A DNA stretch of 63,950 bases, the filler included, from Collodictyon triciliatum (Eukaryota): the NCBI GenBank assembly GCA_043381765.1. It is 14 parts of 14 records of this genome, joined end to end, with 100 filler letters (N's around TTAATTAATTAA, not from the genome) between each part and the next. Parts side by side here need not be neighbours in the genome. Positions count along the whole stretch, not along the records: positions 1 to 4,644 come from JBHJMP010005890.1; positions 4,745 to 9,384 come from JBHJMP010005891.1; positions 9,485 to 14,123 come from JBHJMP010005892.1; 11 more parts are not named here. One strand, written 5' to 3'. The notes beneath the pieces are model-generated. The model had not been told where the DNA came from. It made no database searches and was given only the letters and a program-made list of their open reading frames with translations. The position numbers were made by a program, and so were the translations under genes. Each line of letters starts with the position of its first letter. The stretch's first letter is position 1. This document shows positions 1 through 10,418 of this stretch, piece by piece.

Positions 1-185
1 CTTTGCAGAGACATCAAAAGTTGTTTAAACCGATCAAGTAGCTAACACTACCTAATCAAAGAGGTATGCTAAGCTCCGTGATGCGATGCCGCAAGGTGTT
101 GCTTTTTGCCCTTTTCTCATCCAATATCCATGCCATCGACCTTGTTCTTTTTTCGCCCCTTCATTCTTTCAATCACCTTCGTCAT
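1..185 (+). repeat. Left arm of a long inverted repeat (partner 2487-2671)
   Basis: 1-185 is the reverse complement of 2487-2671 with one mismatch (position 171). The left arm is cut by the window/scaffold start. Confidence 0.95.
13..107 (+). ncRNA. Candidate small ncRNA, copy 1 (unidentified)
   Basis: Identical to 2565-2659(-). Stem TACCT/AGGTA (49-66), hairpin GCGATGCC-GCAA-GGTGTTGC (83-102, GNRA loop, G-U pairs), then T5 (103-107). 5' end inferred from TATA spacing in copy 2. Confidence 0.5.
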
Positions 186-1072
186 CCTCTTCCACACATT
201 TTCCTCTTTCTCTTCCTCTTTCTCTTACACTACAGTAGCCATCTATATTCAAATACATCCAGGTTCTTAAACTTCTTTCTCCAATAACCCCACTTTTTAC
301 TGCTACAATATTCGTCTTTTCACACACCCTTCAATAAGACATCCGTCCAACCGGTGCTCCTGTCAATCATGTCTCCATTCTTGCATCACTCCTCACCCTC
401 CACTTTATCGGACCTTTACCCCTAGATTCATCTCAATCCTAATATCTTCCTCCACTTCTTGCTCACAAACTTAAGCTTGTAGTCGCCAAAGGATGGTATC
501 ATCCCAATGTACACGTTCAGCTTTTTCGCGTTACTTTCTTCTACTGGCTGGGTGTTGCTGTATTCACAAATCTCTCATTCTTCCTTCTCCGCAATCTAGC
601 TTCCAAGCGCTCACAATAGCGTATCGTCTTCGTCGCTTGGCATCTACAACATATTTACCGACTCTTTATCGTTGTTGTTTGGAATGTTGCGTTGTAATGC
701 TGGATAGATAAGGTATATCTTTGACAAGGTAATATAGCGCCACCGAAATATTTTATGTGTTGAGGTGGTGGCTATCTCGAGTGCCTTAACCTCGCCCGCT
801 TTATGACACATCTCTGATGACCAAAGCGTGCGAGCTGCCATCTTGTAGGCACCGAAGCGAGAGTCGCCTAATCAAACCGTCTTTACGCCAAGATGCAATA
901 CAGCGGCAAAGCAATCGCCCACCCGAAAGATGCGAAGCAATACGAACCTCTCTCTCACACAACCATTTTTCGTGTGGTGGTGGTGGTGTCAATGACTTCA
1001 GACCCTCATCTGGCACATACTTGATAAGAGGTTGTCGATTATTGTTATTCCTCTGTGTTTAAAATGCTGGGC

Positions 1073-1260
1073 GGTGAGCAGATTTCGGAAGTACTGCAAT
1101 ACCGAATCCACCCGTGACTGAGGGTCTGGCAAGCCAAACTCCTGCAGTCGCCCTGCAAAAATAAGTTTAATATCGTTGGCTCCGCGTGGGAGCCATATCA
1201 GATATTAAGCTGATAAGAACAGATACTACACTTGATCTTAGCCAAAAGGCCGAGAAGATA
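1073..1260 (-). ncRNA. U2: U2 spliceosomal snRNA
   Basis: Minus strand reads TATCTTCTCGGCCTTTTGGCTAAGATCAAGTGTAGTATCTGTTCTTATCAGCTTAATATCTGATA..., with branch-pairing GTAGTA, Sm site ATTTTTG and stem-loop IV loop TATTGCAGTA; about 188 nt. Confidence 0.97.
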
Positions 1261-2486
1261 CACCATGTTTCCAGATCAAGAAATTCCCAGTGTCCCAACC
1301 ATGTCACTATACCATGTCCTTGCATCACTCTCTGCTGATGGGCCTGGTGTAAACTCGTCATATGCGGACATCCCAACGCAATCATTTTTTAATTCACCTC
1401 CACACCCAGGCACATCAACCAATCCAATCACTCACACAACTTGCTGTCTCATTTAAACACAGTCAAAATAGCCTCACAGTCAATCGGATTGTTGTGTTAC
1501 GCATCAGCACGATACATGGGGTATACATACAGCTGTGAAGCGCTCAGCCTGCAACCATATGGCGGTGCTGCACTAAATTCCACATCTAGACACACCTACA
1601 AACGAAAGACCTTGCATCTTTGGCACCGTCCGCATCAGAGGCTTTTGATAGCCCGGCAGTTGTATACGTCGCCTACTACATATCTTCGGTGCCTACGTCC
1701 TATGCAATAAATGCAGTCACGGATTTATATAACGAGACACCAAAGGGACGAAAAAATACAATGATAGCACATGTCCGCTCGCCAAAATGAAAGATGGAGA
1801 AAAGTTATGTCACACACTTTGGGTGGGAGCCTACGGTAAATACGATAAATAGATGGATTGGAGAGCTCAAGCAAGAAAGATGGACACATCATGTCTCGGG
1901 TGTAGTGTGATGTTTATCAGAGCACCGTGAATGAGTAAAAAGTATCATAGCTTGCAATCACACAAGAAGATACGCCCCTCAAAGAATACCGATTTTGCGA
2001 GACAGGATATCAAATGCTGCAGACCTTTTGAAGGGAAGAGACCAATTGTAGCGCTTGATGATATTACAAAAGAAACGGTGCGGATGACTATAAAATACAA
2101 GGAAGTGGTGAGACATAGCTGATAGAAGCGAGAAAGCGAGAGCATCTTTTGTAAGTGCCAGTCGAGGAGCATCAATGTCGATGTATCGGATGATGAATAT
2201 GTTAGCCGATGTCAATTGCATCGCACTGAAGCAGGGGATGTTATAACGATAAGGGTATCTAGATAACATGAGCATCGGGGAAAGCATGATTTATAACGGG
2301 GAAGCAGGAAGCGACGGATGGACAAACGAATAGACAATGGAAGGCAGGTCGGGATGGGATGATTTATGGGCTCATAATTATGGAAGGGAGGCAGGGAAAT
2401 ACAAGAAAGAATTACTGCGGTCTTTGAGGAGAAACGGAACGGAGGGAAGAGAAAAGGTAAAAGGTTAGAGGAAGGAAGCGGTGGAT

Positions 2487-2671
2487 ATGACGAAGGTGAT
2501 GGAAAGAATGAAGGGGCGAAAAAAGAACAAGGTCGATGGCATGGATATTGGATGAGAAAAGGGCAAAAAGCAACACCTTGCGGCATCGCATCACGGAGCT
2601 TAGCATACCTCTTTGATTAGGTAGTGTTAGCTACTTGATCGGTTTAAACAACTTTTGATGTCTCTGCAAAG
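2487..2671 (-). repeat. Right arm of the inverted repeat (partner 1-185)
   Basis: 184/185 identity to the reverse complement of 1-185. Confidence 0.95.
2565..2659 (-). ncRNA. Candidate small ncRNA, copy 2 (unidentified)
   Basis: Same sequence as 13-107. Preceded on its own strand by TATATAT about 30 nt upstream and a CCCAC element about 65 nt upstream; ends in a GNRA hairpin plus T5. Confidence 0.5.
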
Positions 2672-2682
2672 TACCCATGCGC

Positions 2683-2725
2683 ATATATAGACCGGCACAG
2701 CACACACAGCAAACACACAGTGGGT
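2683..2725 (-). promoter_or_regulatory. Putative snRNA-type external promoter (CCCAC upstream element + TATA box)
   Basis: Minus strand ACCCAC (2725-2720) and TATATAT (2689-2683). Spacing resembles USE/PSE+TATA type-3 Pol III promoters (inference). Confidence 0.4.
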
Positions 2726-4400
2726 GCGCCTCTCTCATATGTCGACATACGCATTAGGTATCATCCCGCTGACATTCGATTTTTTTTTCGTTTTTGTTTT
2801 TTTTACACGTTTTCATTTTCTTGTTCTTTTACTTTTTTTNNNNNNNNNNNNNNNNNNNNNNNNNNNNNNNNNNNNNNNNNNNNNNNNNNNNNNNNNNNNN
2901 NNNNNNNNNNNNNNNNNNNNNNNNNNNNNNNNNNNNNNNNNNNNNNNNNNNNNNNNNNNNNNNNNNNNNNNNNNNNNNNNNNNNNNNNNNNNNNNNNNNN
3001 NNNNNNNNNNNNNNNNNNNNNNNNNNNNNNNNNNNNNNNNNNNNNNNNNNNNNNNNNNNNNNNNNNNNNNNNNNNNNNNNNNNNNNNNNNNNNNNNNNNN
3101 NNNNNNNNNNNNNNNNNNNNNNNNNNNNNNNNNNNNNNNNNNNNNNNNNNNNNNNNNNNNNNNNNNNNNNNNNNNNNNNNNNNNNNNNNNNNNNNNNNNN
3201 NNNNNNNNNNNNNNNNNNNNNNNNNNNNNNNNNNNNNNNNNNNNNNNNNNNNNNNNNNNNNNNNNNNNNNNNNNNNNNNNNNNNNNNNNNNNNNNNNNNN
3301 NNNNNNNNNNNNNNNNNNNNNNNNNNNNNNNNNNNNNNNNNNNNNNNNNNNNNNNNNNGTTTCGTCTTTCTTCATGGTAAGTAATGAGTAGTCCATTCCT
3401 TCATGAACCGAGCGGATATGCCGAATACACTGCGAACCGTGATTAAACCCGAAAGCGCTGCGAAAAGGACGTGACACTTATTGTGGACAACTTTGCACTC
3501 AGGACTCAAGATCCCTTTTTTTATTTTTGTAAGACATTAGGCCCGACCAAGATTCTACTTCACCTGATGTCTTTCGGACAGAAACAGTCCCCGTCGACCT
3601 TGCTCGAGTGAGGGAGATGTGGGAGTGTGTCGTAAGATATCTCCCACAGTATATCCAACCCCTGCTACCCACGCAACCGACCAACCAGTTGGGATGCCCA
3701 CCTGACCAACTCGCTATCACTGACTTCTCTCCAGTGCTACCCTCTCCACAGTAGTCTTCTCCTACTTGCGTTTGCTCTCTCCCATGCGCACTTTTTCAGG
3801 TCTTACGATGCGGAAAACTTGAAAATATGATTAAATGTATAACGTAGCACGAGTGATAAATATATCATAATCATGTCGAATCAATCGTATGAGGCTGAAA
3901 ACAAGGTAAACAGACATCCTGCTCAATACAAGTATGCGTGCCAGAGGACTGGTGCTTGACGAAAAATCCTACTCAAAATAAAATATTGAGCATATGCAAA
4001 AGTATGAATTTATCGGTCGATTATGGATGGGTGAATGTGCGCAAGACAAATATTACACTTACAATATCGTTGCTAATATTGTTAACAATCAGAGAAAAAT
4101 ACATCGTAATCCAAACATCACGGCTGCAAATTAAGGCAAGGATGCTGTGGCATATAACCATGAAAATGTTCAATGCCATGGAAAGGTATAAGAACTCATA
4201 CAATACGAAAAGCAAACGGAAAGAGGAGGTACACTTGTGAAGTAAGAGATTACGAAACATAAGGCATAAGTATGGACTCGTTGTATTTGTCTGTTTATGT
4301 ACTGCATTTCGATCTTTCAGAATCTCGAATATACTCGCAACCTCAGCCTCAGCTTCCACATTGAACCAAATGTCTATGCGAGTGTTATTGTGTCATGATT

Positions 4401-4440
4401 GATATTTATTTATTCTAGATATATAGAATAAATAAATATC
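4401..4440. terminator. Perfect 17-bp AT-rich hairpin
   Basis: GATATTTATTTATTCTA-GATATA-TAGAATAAATAAATATC is an exact inverted repeat; a role in 3'-end formation is inferred only. Confidence 0.5.
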
Positions 4441-4503
4441 AGATTATTTCATCCTCAATTGTTTTCTGCGTTTTTTTACTTATTATTATATCTAATTCAA
4501 TAT

Positions 4504-4644
4504 ATGGATGACGAAATGGATATATTGAACAAGTATTACAATGCACCCAAGCACACCAATTCATTTGCCGGACTCTGGGCGCTCGTAAAAGAATTTGGAA
4601 TTAAAAAAAAGACTATCGAGGAATTTCTCAAACAACAGCCCGAC
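4504..4644 (+). CDS. Polinton-type retroviral-like integrase, N-terminal fragment (truncated by scaffold end)
   Basis: MDDEMDILNKYYNAPKHTNSFAGLWALVKEFGIKKKTIEEFLKQQPD fits the L..YY.P....SF.G...L........V..(W/F)L..Q pattern of Polinton integrase N-termini. The DDE core is not visible. Confidence 0.6.
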
Positions 4645-4744
4645 NNNNNNNNNNNNNNNNNNNNNNNNNNNNNNNNNNNNNNNNNNNNTTAATTAATTAA
4701 NNNNNNNNNNNNNNNNNNNNNNNNNNNNNNNNNNNNNNNNNNNN
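4645..4744. other. Artificial scaffold linker (44N-TTAATTAATTAA-44N), first of 13
   Basis: The same six-frame-stop linker starts at 9385, 14124, 18862, 23599, 28336, 33072, 37808, 42543, 47278, 52012, 56744 and 61476. Confidence 0.98.
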
Positions 4745-4956
4745 CTTTTTCTTTTTCTTTTTCTTTTTCTTTTTCTTTTTCTTTTTCTTTTTCTTTTTCT
4801 TTTTCTTTTTCTTTTTCTTTTTCTTTTTCTTTTTCTTCTTTTTCTTTTTCTTCTTTTTCTTTTTCTCTTTTTTTCGTTTTTCTATGGAGCACGCCCTTAA
4901 CCATCTTCACAGCATTACTAATTTTCCATCATACTTGTCTCCAACTGTACAACTAG

Positions 4957-7900
4957 GTCCACCATCTGCAGCACACTCCTATGTAGATAATATTCAGAAT
5001 TTTTGCATAGGGAAGAAGGCGTGTATCAGGATGATTATTTGTGATTCTCAAAACATAAGGCAACATTTTCATCATGATATATAGCACGAAATATGTTGAA
5101 CTGGGCTTTTCATCACCTTTATCCAATTCTGGCTTGGATTTCTGGTTTACAAAGAGGTAGAAAATGCACACAAGAAATCATTTTAATTCTAAAAAAATTA
5201 CCAGGAGAGATACCGGGCCTTTTGTCTTGAAGGTTAGTGTTGGAACCCAGGCAATTATTCCAGAATTCTTACAAGGCGGTTTGTACCAAGGTATGGAACA
5301 TATCCTGAATAAACAACTAATTTTTTCAAACACAAAATAATGCGATGAGTTGAACTGGCTGCGTAATTACATCATATTGAACCATTTCAGCGCACTTTGA
5401 GCCGTTTGAAACTGGAATGGTGACCGTCTCTGCGACCTTAGATAATCAGCACATCAGGAATAGTCCAAGAGAGGTGCTCGTATATCCTGGTAATCGCGCA
5501 TTTTACAAATTGTCACTCTTATATCTGTCCTTAAAAAAAAATATTGTATTCATCATATCTAAACCTTGAGTGACCGTTTAAAAATAGACTAGAAAGGCAT
5601 TTCCGTATATCTGGGTGAAATTTTCCTTTAAAATCATGGTTTATTTATGTGCCCAACTGCTTTGGATTCAACTGGTGTGCTTCAGATTTCGAGAAAAGAC
5701 TTGCGGAGCTCCAGGCCAATCTGATAAAAGAACACCCTCATGAAGAATATGTGGATAATCTGCGATTCATGGTCAAAAGGTGTCATCCTATAATGAAATG
5801 AAAATAGACCTGTGATGACATGTTTTCTAAGTTTAGATTTCACTAATAAATTGATCGTATGTTAGAGAGACAATATTGGAAGATTCCTTCAAAGCATTTA
5901 GGAAATTATCACTATCTGACTGGAAAAGAAGAACATACGTGACATTTAGTGACGAAAGGTGATTACGTCTTCACGTATCGATGAGCTTCCAGTAGGCAGA
6001 TATTACACAACCAAGCTTCTAAACTTCAATTTTATTTGCTGTTGAATCTTCTGTAAAGTGGCGAAGATTTTCACGGTCTCACGAAAGAATGGCTGACCGA
6101 ACTTTGCATCCGATTGTTCGATTCATCCAATCGCCTTTTCAAATCGTAAACATTATTTCTATCGTATACTATACGGAGTTGCATCTCTCGTCATTATTTT
6201 CTCTCCTTTTTCTAGAACGGCATCAGGTAAAGGCCGAATGGAACTTTATTTTCACGAGAGCATCCAAAAAGACCTATTGGACATATATCGTTTCTGTGGG
6301 AGGATTGTTGGAAAGGTATTATCAAAACTAACATCGCTGTGTAAATTTTACAAATTTATTTTTATTTCTTTGGAGAGGGCTTTATCAAAAGAATAAAGAA
6401 AGTAAATCACCTGCTTTTAATTATGCGTTGCAAATAGAATTTATATGATGGACTGATACGCAGAGACAAGCTCGGTATTATCCCGCTGCCCATTCACTTT
6501 ACCAGTAGCATATACCGGCGTATCTTGGGTCTCCCTTTTGTTCTGAGCGAATTAGCCGACACCGACGAAGAGTGAGCATCTCTTCTGTCAAGCTCATTAA
6601 ACATATAAACATATTAAAACAGATTTATTAACAGAGTCTACTTGTACCAAAAACATAAACATTCTTCCCAAAAATGCATGAAGGGCTATTTTGAAGAATA
6701 AAACCGCTTCTAAAATACATCTTTTCTTTACTAGAATGCAAAATAGTCTGCAATGGGTACTTGACACACCAAACATAAGTGGTGTTATTTTAGAATCGTT
6801 TGAGGCAATAGAGAGGGTTTGTTTTTTGTTCGATTCAATACATTTATCTAGTGCTATCGATCAAATATATAAACAGGTAGGGAGATATGAGCTTTGCCTC
6901 CATCCAATATGCAAATTAATTTAATTTAATTTTATTCCAGAAATTCTTTATTTTCTTTTTGAGAAGAATTATAATTATAAAAAAATCCATCTGTGACTTT
7001 GTAAACACCAAAACATATAGGTCGATGGACATACACTTGTTCGGGAGTTGACAGAGAATGGTTCAAAAACTGCGGTTGATGTAAGTTACGAAATCGGACG
7101 ATGATAAAACGTATACTTGCTCGCCGCGCAATTTTTTTCCAACCACCTAAGCAAATCTTGAACCTATCTCTCCAAACATCAAGAACCTCAGCGATGGAGC
7201 TTAATGTTCGTATCTAATCTATACACAGAACCGTAACAAACATGAGTTTGTCCAATTGAAACTGGAGTACAGGGTCTACGGCCGATGTAAAGATGGGCTC
7301 GACAGGTGTGTTCTTATGGTATCTGATATATATACGGATTAGGGCGTATTGATTTGTTTACCATTAACCACGATTCCCCTGCTTGCCTTCTTTCCATATA
7401 GTTTCCTGGCTGGTGTGTGGGATTTGATTCCACAAAGACTTCTTGAGGCCTTTGAGTATTATTCACACACACATATATATATATATCCTTGATTCTTTAC
7501 TGGAGTGAATTTATACTTCAATAAATCTATCGGATATGCGACATATAGAACGAAAGGAAAATTTAGTTTTGTAATCTAATATAATCTAATCTAATCTACG
7601 AAAACATGGTTTGGTTTCCAGCGAATCGGAGCTGGATTTGCTCGTCGGTGGGTTGGAGAACATCGACATTGAAGATTTGAGAGCGAACAGCCTCTATGAG
7701 GGATTCCTCTCTTCTTCGCAACAGATCGTATGGTTCTGGGATATTCTTCGCAGCTTAAGCATTGAACAGCGGCGGCATTTCTTGAAGGTCACTACACGTT
7801 GCAGAAAATCATACACGAATGCTGATGAAGAATGAAACTCCCTTTTCAAACATCATTAGCATCTTCATTATTCCTCTTGAACGAAATCTTTGTTCCGCAC

Positions 7901-8330
7901 CGTGTCAATACAAATAACAGAACAAAAACAAAATAAAATAAAATAGTTTGCAACTGGCTGCGAAAGCACTCCGTTCGGTGGATTCTCGAGCTTAAAACCG
8001 CCCTTCAAGATATTCCGGAGTGACCGGGAAAATGGACTCCCCTCTGCGAGCACCTGGTTTGTACTCGTCGATGCATATCTGTCGCTTCTAGAAAAGTCTG
8101 CTTGTGGCACAAGAGTTTTGCCTCGGTGATGCTGAATCGAAATGGAAGACGAAGCATTCTGTTCATCCCATACGCCACTTCTTTCTTTCTTTCTTTTTTT
8201 TTCGCAATAACAAATCTTGATGACTTTTAGCTTCAACATCCTCCGGCTTCCCGTGTACAAAACCAAAAGCGGACTTCGCGACCATCTGCTCTATGCCATC
8301 AGGGAGTGTCAGATATTTGGAACAAACTGA
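4957..8330 (+). CDS. Filamin-repeat + HECT E3 ubiquitin ligase (AREL1-like architecture), multi-exon, 5' partial
   Basis: Filamin-like AHFEPFETGMVTVSATLDNQHIRNSPREVLVYPG; HECT motifs RETILEDSF, ELDLLVGG..NIDIEDLR, VWFWDIL, FATG. The catalytic LPSASTC|FN.L.LP.Y is split by an intron; stop TGA 8328-8330. Confidence 0.9.
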
Positions 8331-8702
8331 AGCCATCGAGTTTCGGTGTGTGGCCAAAGTAGCAGAAAGAAAAAAAAAATCAGGGGAACCATAAACTTTA
8401 AAATAAAACCATGAAAGGAGAAAAATGAAGGAATGAACGAGAAGTGAACCAGTCTGCCATGATTTCTTTTCTTTTCTCTTTTTTTCAGGAAGGTTACTGC
8501 TCCGTAGTAAGCAATCGAGTATTATTGGAGGAGATGTGTGGTGGGTGAGAAAGAAGACTGCCTTGGCTTTTGCAAATGCAACGAAATGCGGCGGTTTTGG
8601 CACGGAGAAGTCATTATTTTACAGTGGCATCGACGTGTATAGAAGCTCATGCATTCTTTTCGATTTAATGACAGCACCGAGTCACTGTTGTCGACAAGCT
8701 TC

Positions 8703-9284
8703 TCAAAGGTTCTGCTTTGTCTTTGCTGTGTTCATGTAAGGACGCAGCGACCATTCCACTTCAGCCTCCACCATGTCCACAGTGCCCAGACGAATCTGGT
8801 AGAGCCTCATTTCAAAGCGCGGGCCGACTTCTTCGATTTCAACGTCTTTTCCCTGCTGTGTGAAGTTGTGGTGCCTGGAAGGAGCAGAAAAGTTAGGAGG
8901 TTGATAATACAGAGATGGTCTGGAACTCATTATCACACTTTGTTTGAAATTAAGAAAATAAAGAATATATATATATATATATAAATTATTGTTTTAGTCG
9001 ATGTTGAAGAGAGAAAAAAAGGAAAGTAATACAAGACCACAGATTATGTTTACTGAGGGGGGAAACAAAAGTAATAGTAAGGATTACATCACCGATAAAA
9101 AAAAACATTCCTCAAGCGTTAAGAAAAACTATTGATACCTGAATGATATAAAGTCGTTCTCGTTTGAGAAAGTAATGACCCTTTTTCCGTCTGGCTTTGA
9201 CGGTGGGAACAGATACTTGAGAATAGTTTTGACACGCTCTCCGAGCTTCGTATTGAAGTTATTGAAGATCAAGTGGGGATGAAC
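8703..9284 (-). CDS. IMP4: U3 snoRNP protein Imp4 (Brix domain), last two exons
   Basis: [25 protein letters not shown]...[17 protein letters not shown]...[17 protein letters not shown]...[12 protein letters not shown]. Confidence 0.93.
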
Positions 9285-9292
9285 CTTTTAGC

Positions 9293-9384
<92 letters not shown>

Positions 9385-9484
9385 NNNNNNNNNNNNNNNN
9401 NNNNNNNNNNNNNNNNNNNNNNNNNNNNTTAATTAATTAANNNNNNNNNNNNNNNNNNNNNNNNNNNNNNNNNNNNNNNNNNNN

Positions 9485-9617
9485 CAACAATAATAACAAC
9501 AATAATAACAACAATAATAACAACAATAATAACAACAATAATAACAACAATAATAACAACAATAATAACAACAATAACAACAATAATAACAACAATAACA
9601 ACAATAATAACAATAAT
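9485..9617. repeat. (CAACAATAATAA)n microsatellite
   Basis: Tandem repeat at the scaffold start. Confidence 0.9.
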
Positions 9618-9675
9618 GAATAGAATACGATTAAGCCTCCACGAAGGCTAACAGCTACTCTTACTCAAATAATAG

Positions 9676-10183
9676 ATGAAAGATTCTCCATTATTACTTG
9701 GGTATCTCATCATCGTCCTTAGCTCTTACCACCTAACATGGATGGCTCATATCTGTCTCAGAGTTTTGATTTGCTTGGGCTCTTCACCAAGGGATGATGG
9801 CTTGCGAGGATGGATATTTTATGACCCTGTGCCAATAAGCCGTTCGCAGCACGATTTCGCAAATGTTTGTATAGCTATTTTGTTTTCTTTCTGTCACGAT
9901 ATCATTATTCTTGTTGTAACAGAGGATATGACTGGGTGAGTAGAATTTAACAGTAAGATATGCGCTTTATCTCTTTTAAAAGGATAACGCAGAGACCTCA
10001 GCGCTACCATCTTTGATCACGCTTACTTCCGTGTTATACAAAGAGTCCATGAGAGATAAGCTCAACGATATCACGTAAGTGATATACATATTCCAACTGA
10101 AAAAATTATAAGAGAATCTGAAAAGAAAGTTTGGAGAGGGTAGCACCCAGGCTGTATATTTTCGACATGCTTATTTCGTCTTC

Positions 10184-10269
<86 letters not shown>

Positions 10270-10418
10270 GATGCTCTATATGCCTGATGGACTTTGAAGA
10301 GGGTACGGAAATCACAATCCTACGCTGCATCCACCATTATCACAAAAACTGCATCATGGACTGGCTGCGCCGCACTCCGCTTTGTCCTCTCTGCAAACGC
10401 TCTCCTTTAGATACTTAG
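9676..10418 (+). CDS. RING-H2 E3 ligase with an upstream hydrophobic segment, multi-exon
   Basis: Last exon 10271-10418 encodes CSICLMDFEEGTEITILRCIHHYHKNCIMDWLRRTPLCPLCK (C3H2C3). Upstream exon boundaries are less certain; (TTA)n lies in the last intron. Confidence 0.8.

Larger units (their letters stand above)
3750..4644 (+). mobile_element. Probable left end of a Polinton/Maverick-like element
   Basis: Begins AGTAGT (Polinton-type terminus), shifts to AT-rich composition, contains a perfect hairpin at 4401-4440 and an integrase-like ORF from 4504. Confidence 0.5.

Noticed and set aside
66-287. ORFs MLSSVMRCRK... at 66-287(+) and 2412-2606(-)
   Set aside because: They are by-products of the inverted repeat, diverge as soon as the repeat ends, and run through pyrimidine-rich low-complexity sequence.
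1931-2122. Weak resemblance to a retroelement integrase segment (..K..RP..RPFE..VALD)
   Set aside because: Too short and lacks the Zn-finger cysteines and DDE context; cannot be supported.
3374-3386. TACTTACC on the minus strand, like the U1 5' end
   Set aside because: Followed by ATG, not TG, with no U1 stems; it is simply the complement of a G|GTAAGT donor-like site.
3563-3648. CTGA-stem-GAAAC hammerhead-like pattern and a GTAA-capped hairpin (3618-3648)
   Set aside because: The core lacks the required CUGANGA, and the region reads as a 73-codon open frame, so structure may be incidental.
3889-4398. Frame interrupted only by TAA codons, suggesting stop reassignment
   Set aside because: IMPDH, HSBP1, Rab and Sin3 end in TAA; six TAAs in AT-rich DNA fit chance or a decayed ORF.
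4689-4700. Recurrent TTAATTAATTAA palindrome as a biological motif
   Set aside because: Always centred in N-runs; it is an assembly linker. ORFs spanning Ns or SSRs were ignored for the same reason.
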